Below are positions 12,501 to 23,421 of a stretch of DNA of 64,000 bases, one piece after another (positions within the stretch are counted from its first letter, which is position 1; every line of letters begins with the position of its first letter). Made by a program: the position numbers and the translations under genes. The stretch is from Ophelia neglecta. Lineage: Eukaryota. The stretch covers positions 80,600,001-80,664,000 of the forward strand of contig OZ260662.1 in the NCBI GenBank assembly GCA_965285935.1, in the 5' to 3' direction. A model generated the notes under the pieces. The model did no database searches. It had not been told where the DNA came from and was given only the letters and a program-made list of their open reading frames with translations.

Positions 12501-15500
12501 TACGCAAGCAGATCGCTTACAGATGTCGAGTCCAGATACAGTCAGACAGAAAGAGAAGCCCTGGCTGTCGTATGGGGTTGTGAACACTTTGATACATACA
12601 TCAATGGAGCCGATAAGGTCATATTGACAACGATACGCCAGAAGCTCCTGCCCCTACCGAGCCGTCTCCATCACCAAGGAGATCCAGCCGCCAAAGAAGG
12701 GAACCTACGCACCTGAAGGATTATATTAGATCATAAATTTATTATTATTCATAACAGTCGAGTAGACACGTATTCGTATAGAAGAAACATTTATTTTAGT
12801 ACAACGGCATAAATTTTTAGTTTACTAGTTAACTGTTTAAAATATGTGCTGAATGATCTGGACTGTGGACATTAATATCATCAACAAAAAAAAAAAAAAC
12901 ATTGGTGAAGAAGAATGTAGTATTCTACTACTTACCACGTCTTACTACTTACCTCGGTTATTGCGGTCATGGCAGAGTGTAACCTAGTAACAGGGTCATA
13001 TGTTCCATGTACACCAACCAGAACCAGTACCAGTATTAAATGACATAGCACATCACTTTCATGCTCTCCTCTTTATTTACCCTTTTAACCTGTCTTACAA
13101 TTCTACAGTGACTATTTTTTTCAACTCGTTGCTGATTGTTTTGTGCATGATATCCCTTTATAGTTTGATGTTTGGTTGGAGGCGCGTCGTGTTGGCGATA
13201 GGGCACATATTATGATCAGTCCAACTCATTTGATATCAACTGTCAAGGAACTGCGTAGCAGAGGAATCACATTTAAATATTTGATTACAAATGTTGAAAA
13301 GTAGGTAACAATAAAATTAATATGTTTACTGTGATATAGCCACTAGAATATAGGCTATATTCAGCAATAAACATTAAAAAAATGTTTGAACGTATCTGAT
13401 GTTAGTCTCGTAGAACAAGAGGGGGAGCGTTTAAGGAGAAAGAAGAGCACACGATCCGGATCCGACTACAATGATTTCAACACGTATGCAGAAGTGGGTA
13501 TCATTGAATGAATTTTTTTTAAGTTATACATAAATCAACACCATACATGTAAGTGAATGTTTAGTACAAAAAGAATGAAATAATATGAATCAATCTAACA
13601 TGTCAAACACAAATCATAGCAAATGCAGACGCATAAACCAAAACTAAACGAATCAAAGTGCAGTTTTTGCCTGTACAAAATACTGTCAATGGATATACAG
13701 AAGAATGGAGGCAAAGGGGATTGGACCCCAAATGGCGTATGTGCCCTCCCACTACTCCCACTACTAAAGCGTCATATAAAAATTGCACAACCGAGAAAAA
13801 ATTGCAAAGTTAGCTTAATTATTACAGGAAAATCCTGACATATTTCATCAATCAGAAAGGAGAAATCATTTTTCAAAAAAGAAAATACACAAAAATAGTC
13901 TCCAGAAAACTGTCAGTTAATCGTCTGTGAGAAATTTATATTTCCTGAACTGTAGTTGCGAGGTGCTATAAAAAGAAGTTTAAACGTTTATGTGATCATA
14001 GATAATGGTTGAAATGGACAGAATGGCGGAACGATGTCCCACTCATTTAGGAGTCTTCTGTCTAACCTATGTCATTGGGAAGACTTATGAGGGAAGATAT
14101 CTTAAAGTACTTAAGGTAACAGCAAATCTCAAGACTAGGAGCAGCTTTAGTTACTGGTTTGATATATAACATGTATATGAATTTAGCCATACAATATGAT
14201 GTGGTATTCTTTCGAATAACATAAATCGGTTTTTCGCACAGGTTTACAAGAATGGAGGTGACAGAAAGGCATTTTGGTTAGACTCTACGATACATGCCAG
14301 AGAATGGCTCTCCCCAACTACTAATCTCAATATCGCCAACAAGGTTTGAAACTGGGGTTTGTTTATTATTGTTAAGTTGAGTGTGTATTTAATTATTGTT
14401 TAAAAAATATTCTTTAATGATTAGATTTATTTCCGTTTAATATGCAACATCTGGCTGTATTGTTTGTCGTATTTAGCCCTCAAGATATACACGGACACGA
14501 TTGCTCTGTTTTAAATGTGTCTGTTTTAATACTTTATTTAAACGGTTAAAAAGGCCTATCGCCCCTTATCCATGAAAATATCAAATGACAATATTCCAAT
14601 TGTACGGGAACTGATCATTGGAATCATTATGTTTGGTGAATATATTACCGGACAACTGTCCCCCAGACACTAATTAATAAATTGATCAGATTTAAACTAG
14701 GCAGTGCGCCATATTGAACATTTCAAATCAAACAAATCAGATGATTTCGAAAAAAATGAAAACATATACAATTTGCATTTAAAATCTTTTTGGTATGTTT
14801 TTATTTGACAATCTTTTTTTTACCAAGCTGATTAATGATTACGGTACGGATACCGAAGCCCAGGTGATGCTAGCAGATACCGACTGGTACTTCCTGTTTG
14901 TAATGAACCCGGATGGGTATTCCTACACGTGGGACGTCGTAAGATACGCCAAATACAGTTATTTTTATTTTAAAAGATGATATAACGTTTTCATATCGAC
15001 ATAGAAGGCAGTCAAACCCAAATTTACGCAGTAGGCCTAGTAGTAGTCAATATAGGAAGACTATCATCACGTGATCTCATTACCACCACTCTGTACGGAC
15101 ACTTTATTTTAAATAGGCTCGCCTGTGGAGAAAAAACCGTTTCCCAAGTAGGGAGGCAGGTATAAATACAATATGCAATGGAATTGATCTCAACAGGAAT
15201 TATGAACTTCGTTGGGGAGGTAAGTTTGTTAGTTATTCAACCATTTTCGATAAGAATTTTAATCACACATCAGGTAGTCCATCATAATTATTTTTTACTA
15301 TTAATTTTTATCTTTAGGTTTTCTTGTCTTCCATATTTTCAGTTTCGGGTGCCAGTGACGACCCCTGTTCAATCGTTTACAAAGGCCACGTGCCTGCCAG
15401 TGAGCTGGAGACCCAGGCGGTCCAGGCCGAAGCCCAGCGGCTAGGGCCTACCCTGATTGCCTGGGTCAGCATCCACACGTATGCTCAGTACATTCTCCAT

Positions 15501-16869
15501 CCCTTAGGCAGCGAGACCTCACCAGGGGTATGCGAATACCTGCCTGACCCGCAAAACTCAGATGTGGTTGGTCACTTCATTTACACATAATAAACCTTGC
15601 TGAATGTCTTATTTTCAAGCTTTCTTGCAATGAATAACGTTGCGAGCCTTATTGAAGTTCATAAGAACATCGTTAATTTTCAAAGTTTTTGAGAAATTGT
15701 GTTCATTGCATGTATCACATGCTCACATACACAGACACACACATATATAGTATGTTATATTATTTTAATGTAGTACTATGTTGCCTCACGGATTGCGAAT
15801 GCAATAGAAACAGTCCACCAAACAGTATGGGAGCGTGGTAATTCTTGTGAAATTTTGTGTAAGTATATTAAACAAGAGTGAAACACTTTAAATTCAGAAC
15901 CAAGTAAATGGCTAATTTTTATAAATATCAAAATATTTCATTGCATGTTTTGTAATTGATTTCTTAGTAATTAAATTCTATCCTTTATTGACTGGTCGCT
16001 TGAGGCGGTCTCTACAAGCTGTGAGGGTAGTACAAATTTTATAAGATTGGCCAGGTCAACATCGAAATTCGTCTGCAAGCTGCACCTCTAATTAAAGGGA
16101 GAAAGCATTGCTAATTATCTGTTCACGGATAAAGTGTGTGCATGAAATAAACGACAATATATTCATCTTCGAGTTTCAATGAACACTTTCTCTCAAGTCA
16201 TCATCTTTACTGATGACCGGCCAATTCAATGTGGCTATCGGCGACGAGCGGCCAAGAGCAAAGGCGTCGTGATTGGATCTTGTTTCGCCGCGGCTTAATG
16301 ACACACCAAATTGTATTTCCATTAATCTTATTTATATAAATCACTTAAGGACAAGAAGCTGGACCTATGCTTGAAAACCACATAAAGTATATATATACAA
16401 AGCATATATGCACCATGTACCATTCAGACGAACTCATTATATGAATGCAGTGAGACTTATTGGCTGAATATCAATAAATTAGAATAAATAATAAGCCACA
16501 AAATAAAAAAAAGAAAAGAAAAATTGTTTCGTTGCATGGTAATGTCTGTCCAGTACTTATATCAATTAATCAAAAGACCCATTTAGCCGCATTGTATAAT
16601 TTGGCGCCAGTTAAGATGACACCGGTGGCTTAATAAAAGGTTTCTCCACAGATCCCGCCTCTGGGATGACGATGGACTACGCAATGGGATCTGCTGGTGT
16701 GAAATACGGCTTTTTGCCAGAACTCCGAGGCCAGACGACAGATGGCAGCAATATTTATGGTTTTGTAGCGCCACAAACCGAAATTCAGCCTGCTTTTGAG
16801 GAGACGTGGAAGGGCATTGTTGCCATGGTGATGGCTTCCAGGGAAGAGTGTCTGCTGCTGTTTTGTTAA
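3547..16869 (+). CDS. CP1: M14A pre-pro-carboxypeptidase, ~443 aa. Exons 3547-3617, 9398-9476, 13164-13300, 13406-13493, 14002-14115, 14242-14343, 14828-14938, 15117-15219, 15343-15566, 15774-15858, 16652-16869
   Basis: Signal peptide MLVNILIVILCSFAVSG, propeptide (FDVWLEARR), IHARE, NPDGY, WRKNR, DLNRN, IHTY, YPASGMTMDY and PELRG. GT-AG introns; exon lengths sum to 1332 nt with no internal stop. Introns 1 and 2 are expanded by retroelements. Confidence 0.92.
4228..7380 (-). CDS. LINE ORF2 (APE endonuclease + reverse transcriptase), split by one in-frame TAA at 6610-6612
   Basis: APE motifs LNCQSL, CIQETW, YRPP, GDYN and SDH; RT motifs NYRPISLL, DLSKAFD, GVPQGSILGP and YADD; C-terminal CIIPHCYVC. 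ORFs 6610-7380 and 4228-6555 are in the same frame. Confidence 0.92.
7802..8755 (-). CDS. LINE ORF1 protein (coiled coil + RRM-like/FP25K-like domain); true start probably downstream (MEYK or MASE)
   Basis: Heptad-rich region followed by RINNLEIHGIPE, AAHR, RPIVVKF, YVNEQL and WIKDGHIFIRK, motifs typical of CR1/L2-group ORF1. Confidence 0.85.
   Translation of the reverse strand: MGTNWYPIALWYTIPLAQACKQNVLYYIAMEYKTPLPLKRRNISDTSPSSVHLEKKHRDGGSPVLPQSTGMASELNSSDILKDIQKSVSQIPKLSNDLAEMKTSIQFLSDKYEEHLNIVSQIKTENAELRAEQGKHVAKIQELEKLNGGLQSRVLELEQYSRINNLEIHGIPEKADEGIDQIIMKIGNTLGKTISLDDIEAAHRITLPPRATIRSTPRPIVVKFSKRRVKRDFLRDFKLRRANMTTDRIDPSFPEQPFYVNEQLAPEKKRLFGKARELKKNANYKWLWIKDGHIFIRKTDTSRVIKVVTEQDMNDLE
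9702..9893 (+). repeat. 5' LTR
   Basis: Direct repeat of 12916-13107 with 2 substitutions by eye. Confidence 0.95.
9895..9907 (+). other. Primer-binding site, tRNA-Ser(GCU) type
   Basis: TGGCGACGAGGAT lies 1 nt after the LTR and is complementary to the 3' end (...ATCCTCGTCG-CCA) of animal tRNA-Ser(GCU). Confidence 0.8.
10153..11262 (+). CDS. gag with two zinc knuckles; frameshifted just before the protease active site
   Basis: Zinc knuckles CIFCGGNFPHQGQC and CHYCHKLNHYKSCC. The ATG at 10153 is the likely start. Confidence 0.88.
   Translation: MADNGQQASSVPYYPPFEYDMDKANAGSRWKRYIAKLELLFGAMEIPDEKQDRKRSLLLHYVGDSCYDIYEANKGDTAETYDATKQVFKDYFEPKTNIQIDIFHFRTCKQKEGKSLEEFVTELRQLGKNCEFVNTDKEILSQIIQHCKSFRLRRRALREPEKSLADIVELGKTLERSDVTAATMEAQPGVNAIHKQQNKKSHGHDKKNRTAPTKPTYGKGPDRNYKQKVRNNEGTGSNKTCIFCGGNFPHQGQCPAKGKECHYCHKLNHYKSCCLKLKHKNKIRQLLVTTEGEPEEIPEASQSSTDSDSEDYVYLVQSVNAIGRDKPMVHLKLNNVNTKILWTLALRSIFLIGRPTKALEGLHLQNQIQ
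11175..12716 (+). CDS. pol fragment: aspartic protease (DTG), RT and N-terminal RNase H; integrase missing
   Basis: VDTGTTINI, RLCVDMR, FSKLDLRSGYHQ, NISDDII, VDAAPHGLG and YSQTEREALAVVWG. No HHCC or DDE integrase follows. Confidence 0.92.
   Translation: MDTGTTINILDRKTYESIGRPTLTKSDTVAYSYQSDNSVKMMGQCTVNIETRNLKQAHVFEVAKGNYGSLLSYNTAKCLGLVKIINNVQDNIKDKFPGIYEGIGKLKGVKVKLHVDETVRPVALKHRVTPFHLRKHVEHEIDKLLEEDIIEPVYGIPTPWISPIVTPPKKDGKSIRLCVDMREPNKAILRERHKMPTMDEMISDLNNAKVFSKLDLRSGYHQLVLEESSREITTFSTHKGLFRYKRLSFGVSSASEVFQKAIQDVIQDVPNTKNISDDIIVYGCKDKEHNKALDDTLRRIHEKGLTLNEEKCEFNKHKITFYGMVFSADGVSPDPKKVKAIREADRPEDISAVKSFLSTTKFSSRFIRDYSNITEPLRRLTKQDVTFKWGDEQEAAFQKLKAALTDYSTLAYFNPNVQTEIIVDAAPHGLGGILVQGKQIISYASRSLTDVESRYSQTEREALAVVWGCEHFDTYINGADKVILTTIRQKLLPLPSRLHHQGDPAAKEGNLRT
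12916..13107 (+). repeat. 3' LTR
   Basis: Preceded by the purine tract GGTGAAGAAGAA and followed by the TSD GTGAC. Confidence 0.95.
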
Positions 16870-16986
16870 CTTCTAATAATGTCAAATAAATTAAGAGCCA
16901 CTCACTTGTTGTTTGTCACTAGTTCAAGTTAACATTTTCGAGTATATGATTAGCAACCTCCTCTAAGTATGATACTCTGTCATATA

Positions 16987-17164
16987 CAGTGAAACCTGCC
17001 TTAAAGACCACCTCTATAATCAGACCATCTGTCAATTCAGGCCACCAATATAAGGATGTTGCTGTATACTTTCAATGTTAAATATCCTGTCTAAACAGAC
17101 CACTTCCAAAATCAGACCAGTATTCTCCAGTCTCTTTGGTGGTCTTAATTTACAGGTTTCACTG
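16987..17164. mobile_element. Tc1/mariner (pogo/Tigger-like) MITE between the convergent CP1 and CP2 3' ends
   Basis: TA|CAGTGAAACCTG...CAGGTTTCACTG|TA terminal inverted repeats with a TA duplication; internal GACCAC/GTGGTC repeats. Confidence 0.85.
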
Positions 17165-17227
17165 TAAGTAAATTCCATGAACACAACGAATTCACCTGCA
17201 TTTAATCAATTTTATTAATGAGCATAA

Positions 17228-20200
17228 CTAACAGAGAAGAAGAGTACACTGATCACTTAGTTTGTCCACCATAGTTGTGAAGCCAATGAATATTTCTTCA
17301 AAAGATGGCTGTATTTCACTAGCAGGGGTGATAAAGCCCCCGTACCGGCCACGTGTCTGTTAACGAATATATCAAATAAACAGGATTATTGAACCGCCAA
17401 TTTGATTTCAATTTGAGAGTAAGGTAATTAACATTTTTATCAAATTAATAATGTTTACTCAGTGCAAGATATCAAAACTGGGTCGACAGAACTAAACAAG
17501 GATATTTGACCTAATTATCTAGAACTATTTTGTTATATGACTTGCCTCTGGAGAGAATCCATACATGACACCAGCTTTAGCTCGGGCATAATCCATGGAC
17601 GAGCCAGCTGCTGCATCTGATAATAAAGCAGTGCACACATTAAGCATTGTCCTGTAAATTCAAAAGCTTGAAAAAAGCACCTCCCAATAGGATATCTGAC
17701 ATCGCGTTCCCAAATCGCATTCAAGGCGTCATACAGATCGAAGACCATGAAACAAAAACCCCAAGAAGCTACCCGAGCGAGGAAGCAGGTCTTTATTCCG
17801 AAGGTCCGATGTTTCGAAGGTCCGTTATTCCGAAGGTCCGATGTTCCGAAGGTCCGTTATTCCGAAGGTCCGATGTTCCGAAGGTCCTATGTTCCGAAGG
17901 TCCGATGGTGCGATAGGTTAATTGCGCAGTGATCTAAGATGCCAAATTTGCCCTTTGATCGGGAATGGATGTTATTCGCCAGCAATTTAAATTTCAACCA
18001 GATTTTTAGAGGTCCATCGCGTCAATTATTTAATTCTATAGCAGCGGTATTTCGATAACTCGAAACTAATGCAGTTTGGTACAAAAGTAGACACAATACA
18101 AGGCGCTGGTCATTTATTATATAAGAGGCGGGGTGTTTATCTATACACTTGAGGGAGGCTGCCACAGAGTCTACGCAGCAGGAAATAGGGATATGTTCAT
18201 AAATAATAATGCAGAACCCCTGAATGTAGACGCAGCTGGAACAAAATATTTGCTTAAACACTAAAAAGTAAGATGTTGCTTATTAGCATTTCATTTCATT
18301 TGACAAAAACCAAATTCCAAAATATTAGTAGGCGTATAGGACTTAAAAAAGGGGGTTGATACCTGGCAGTAAGATATAAAATGGAAAAAGTAGCCTAGCA
18401 AGCACTGATGATGGTAGTTGCTCTGGCTAGTAAGAATGGTTCACGTTGTCCTAACAAAGCCTTTTTCATATTTTCGCAATACTATGCCCCCCCCCCCCCC
18501 CCGAGCGAGCCTGACACAAATAAACAACAAACAAGGATAACACAAATATAATACAAACTAACTTTTCTCACTCACAACTTACATAAATTGCACATGAACA
18601 TTCTTATTTTTTACCAGGAAAATAATTTTAGCTATAGGCCGATACATTTTATCGTACTTTAGAACGCAGCGACTCGAACAGACTCTGCCTTTACAGATAG
18701 AATCAATGATGCCGAAATTGGGAGCTAAAATTTCCATTGCTGCCTGAATAAGCTCAAGAATATCTTTAGTTGATGCCTCATTTTATTTGATTATCAAGGA
18801 CACATGTTCACAAACGGTGTACTTACAAATGGTTTCACAAACATTTCCCCTCGACCACACAGTGTTATGTACCCGTTCAGTGTCGTCAGCCATGGCATTA
18901 ACAACATTGTGCTGAAAAATATCATTTACAAGAACATAGTATAACAGAATTACTCGAAGAAAATCCTAGATGGCACTATCACATTAATAGTACTTATATA
19001 ATTTAGCAAGGTTAGTTAATATTTGGCTTCTGTAGCATACATTAAAAGCAAATAGTTTAACTGCAAATTGTTTAAAACATAATTAATGGTAAAATAATAC
19101 CATACGTGGTACAAGACAATGCGTCATAAAATGAATTCTTTCAAATAACAAGTAGGACAGGAGAACCAACAAAAAGGGCTAGCTACCGTTGCTACTGAAC
19201 TTGTTCTCACGCTTATGTGAAACATAGGTGAAAACCTGGATTGTGGTTTTTGGTATTTGAACTATACTGACTTTCATTTCTGCTCAAATAGAATGAATAC
19301 TGTATATATTAAGATATTCTTATTCTGGAATCATTTATAGTACAAATGTTAGTAAGTTGCAGAACTGTCAAAATCCTAGAAATTAGCAGATAGGATTTAA
19401 GGCCGCGTTTAAGTGCCATTTGTGAAAAAAACGTTATAAAATTGTACAGTCGCTCTACATCGTGTCGTTTTTGCGGGCGACTCGGTTGAACAACCCCGGA
19501 AAAAGTGCACTGTACAAGTGCTGAATAAAATGATTAAATTATTTGGAAAATAAAAGGCAAAACGGACAATGCTTAAAATCACATGCTCACACAAATGGTA
19601 TCGTCTGGTTCCGGCATGTGTTCACATTGGTCTCCGTCCATTGTACCTAAAGGCATCAACCAGTAATTTCCAAAAGAATGTATTGATGCCATAGCGATCA
19701 TATCTGTCGATAGCCGGTCATACTCGGCTTGCACGGCTTGGGTTTCTGGTTCTGACGCAGGGCCGTCTCCGTGATAGGTGCCCCCGCATGGTACCGGACT
19801 TGTTCCTACAGCTGGAACATGACATTACAACCAACAACATATATTATTCAAATTTCAATTGACGTCTTCATATAATCAATTGCAAGTGACTTCATTGGTA
19901 GACCAGGCCAGTTAGCATCATAATCCGGTGCCCGCTGATTTGTCAATATGAAACGTGACGCTTACCATGTTATGTGACGTCATTGGCTATCACTAATGAG
20001 CGTCAGATTAGCTTCGGCAAATCATCAAACATTGGCTAATGACGCTAACCAGCCCGTTCTACCAATGAGGGCAGGACACGTCACTTGCAATAAATAATGT
20101 GAAAATTGATTCTCCTATAATTTTAGCTTGGTTTTAACATGATTCATGAATAATCTGTGTGTTTAATAAATCAAGCTCGTCCTTTATATAGGGCATTCAA

Positions 20201-23200
20201 AGTGCGGACGAAGCACCATTGCTTACAGCTCCATTTATAATCAAAATTCCTGTTAAGATCAACCCCTCGGCAGAGGGAACCTTCATTGAACGATCGGTTC
20301 TTTCTCCAAAGGCGATCCTATAAAAAAAGAACAACTTATATCATATAGATATTATGGGTGAAGTATAACCTTTTAGTTTTACAAATAAGACTTTTAGCAT
20401 TAATGAATTGTTATGGTCAAGCGAAACATCAACTCAAACTTTCAATGATGGAACCAGTTCCCGCTGTATATTGTGAGACTGGTTATGTGTAAGTAAATTT
20501 TCTTAAAACATCGAATTCGGTCCTTACACCGTCGACATCCCATGTGTACTTGTATCCATCGGGATTCACGACAAACAGGAAATGCCAATCGCCTTCACTA
20601 AGAAAGAACTTAGCTCGCAGGTCATCGTCATAATGCTGAATTAGCTGAAAAGTCAATCACCAAAAAGTGTCCAAAATCACCTGAATTGATTGGGAAGGTT
20701 CTGGGCACTTAACAGCGTCAAATAGCACAGGATTGAATACCTGGCAGATAAGGACCTAGTCCGTGTATCATATCAATGTTTTTTTGAGTAATTCTATTTA
20801 TATACATGATAGTCATGTTAATTTAATAGTTTGCGGGAAGTACTTGAAAATAAAGAAGCAGTTAAAAGCCTACGTGATTGGCGATTTTTAAAGCAGTTGC
20901 CCCTGCCATCCATTCTCTCGGATGTGTTAAAGAGTCGATCCAAAATATTTTTCTGTTTGGCTCATCTTTGTACATCTGGCAAAATCACAGAAACCAACCC
21001 GATAGACAAGATTACTATCATAGAAGTGCCTCATTGTTAACTTTATGTTATATTGGTGCTGAATTATGCACGTGCTAATTTAACAGGGAAGATTGTGTCA
21101 GCCGACAGGAGGCCTATTAACCGATTAAATGTTTACAGACAGATGTTCGTACGTCAGCTGATAAACACGACCGTACCCTGAGGACTTTGAGATCTCTGCC
21201 TTCCACAGACTGACCTATAACATACGTCTCACAAAGAATGCCATGTGTCACAGGACATGCAGCAACCATCACGTCCATTTCATCAATAATCTGTTCAACA
21301 AGCAATATTGCAATAATGCTGATTTATATGGAATATTTTTCACATTTAAATAGCTGTCATTTAGTGAATAAAACGAGTCTCAAAATTAGCTAAAAATATA
21401 TATAATTATAGTGAGGTTTTTTTTATATACTTACATCTTCATACGTATTGTATTCGTCGTAGTTAAATCCCTGATTTGAGTCTCGAGCATTTTGAATTCG
21501 GTCCCTTTCTTCCTTAATCAAACTACAAAACATGAAAAATAACTATAAGGGGCGACAGCTGACCCAACAACGGCATCGACGAATATCTTATTCGGAATCT
21601 AACTGAAAAGTATTATTCAACTAAAGTCCCAAACTTCAAAATAACTCCAGCCTGATGAAAACTGCAGAAGTTTAATGCTTTGACATGGAATCTCCGAATG
21701 CCAAGATGGAATCATTTACAGTCATTTACCCGTTTATACATTTGCTATATAGTTAAGTTGGTCATACCTGCCTACATCTTGGACGAATGTTTCAACGTGT
21801 AGACCAGATGATGTTAAGTAGTCAGTCACAGGCTCCACAAGTCCGGGTGGAACCAATATCATCGTCTGGTCGCCAACGACTCGACTTACTCGCCAAAATG
21901 ACAGCTTCAAATGTATTTTAAAGGAATGCTTTAGGAAATTATGGCACGTTAACTTGCGACCGTTTACAAAAAACGTGTTACGAAAATTTACACGATAATC
22001 AATAATTTTAACCAAAAAGGGCTATTATAAATATTTCGTAAAATGTGTAGAAGGTTGATATGCAATGAACATTTCACAATTGAAGCCTCTTTATGTCATA
22101 TGTATTGAATTGCCAATTTACTTACTTCTTGGTTTTCTTGCAAATCCACTAATAGCTGAAGGTGTTCTTCGTCAGTGGGTGTAATTTGCAATACTCCAAA
22201 GCTGCAATATGTAATTTGGGATCATGGTGTATTTTAGAAGACAATGCGTTTGAGGGGAAGGGCTGCATTCTTCTTGGCCTTCCTAACACCCTAGTATAAT
22301 GGCCTCCGTATGCTAGCTATTTTGTATTTTATTTAGCATTGCAGCCGCCTAGGACAAGTTACACAGACTTTATGTAGGACTAATGTATGTATAAGTCGGG
22401 GGGTTCATCTACAATGTTCACTGAATATTTGATCTTATGACAGAGATACTTTGGTAATCGGAGCAAAGAACCAAACTGTAATATATATGTATGTATGTAT
22501 TTATTATGCATGCATATGGTCAACATTCCGATATTGTGTGTTGTTTACAGGATATGAATAGTCCTAACACAATATAGGCCTATGCCAAGATTTCTTTGAG
22601 TAATTTCCTATACATCCGCATTTAACCCAGCGAAAATGGAGCAGCAATGCCAGAAGCTAATTGTACTGACCGAGAGCAAGAGGCCAGTTTGCCAACCCTA
22701 CAGATGGATAGCGTTTAGACCATGAAACCTAGTTTATGCAAAGACTATTATTTTGATTGCTAAACATTATTATTCGACATAAGAGGAGCAACTATCTAGA
22801 CAGCAGTATATACATCATGTGGTCAATTTCCAATGTAGCAGCCATTTAAATTACATTGTTTTATTGCAATATTCTTTAAGAAAAATTCCAGTCACTACGT
22901 ACATAATTATTATGTTATGGACAAATTTTGGCCCTAGGCAATATAACAATCAAATGAAGGATGCTATGAACGAAATGTTCAAGGTACCTGGACATCAAAA
23001 TATATAACAGGAAAAAACGGCAGCCGTTTTAAAAATAAATTGCGGCCAACCGACAATATAACAATAATGCTGCTATTCCATGAGCGTGGTTGACATTTTG
23101 AATGACAAAAAGCCACAGAACTACAGATGTGTTCATGCATTAAAATTTAGTTCAGCATATCAACGGTGTTTTAAATGTGCGTGTTCCCCTTTTCCCCACA

Positions 23201-23421
23201 ACGGCCTCCAAGATTTTATCCTGACCCCTTTAGTAGTTTGTTAGTCTCTTGATGGGTACTACAATATTGATCTTAAGCGTCACATCTTTAGAGAAAAATT
23301 AGCTTTGAAATGTGTAAGCTATTTATACAAACCCATTGTAGTTCTTTGGAGTTTCAACGTATTTGCCGCCAGCGCAGTTGATAATCCCACCAAGAAGCAA
23401 TATGGCGTTCACGTAGCCCAT
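17228..23421 (-). CDS. CP2: M14A pre-pro-carboxypeptidase, ~439 aa, 12 exons: 23421-23333, 22201-22126, 21904-21768, 21522-21435, 21290-21177, 20975-20874, 20644-20528, 20317-20227, 19811-19591, 18911-18827, 17616-17546, 17356-17228
   Basis: Signal peptide [47 protein letters not shown] and SPE/TRG, ending CTLLLC*. The exons give 1320 nt in frame; the last intron is GC-AG. Confidence 0.9.
17793..17907. repeat. 16-bp tandem repeat (~7 copies; TTATTCCGAAGGTCCG alternating with ATGTTCCGAAGGTCCG)
   Basis: Directly visible in CP2 intron 10. Confidence 0.9.
19879..20091. mobile_element. Fold-back/MITE-like element with long imperfect inverted arms in CP2 intron 8
   Basis: ATTGCAAGTGAC...TCATTGGTAGA..GTTAGC pairs with GCTAAC..TCTACCAATGA...GTCACTTGCAAT. 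Confidence 0.6.

Larger units (their letters stand above)
9702..13107 (+). mobile_element. Ty3/gypsy (Mag-like) LTR retrotransposon, internally deleted, in CP1 intron 2
   Basis: 192-bp TG...CA LTRs, 5-bp TSD GTGAC (9697-9701 and 13108-13112), PBS at 9895, purine tract before 12916, and gag-PR-RT-partial RNase H coding regions. Confidence 0.96.

Noticed and set aside
17647-17932. Repetitive ORFs (SEGPMFRRS...) and the RQTD ORF at 51996-52235
   Set aside because: Artefacts of tandem repeats.
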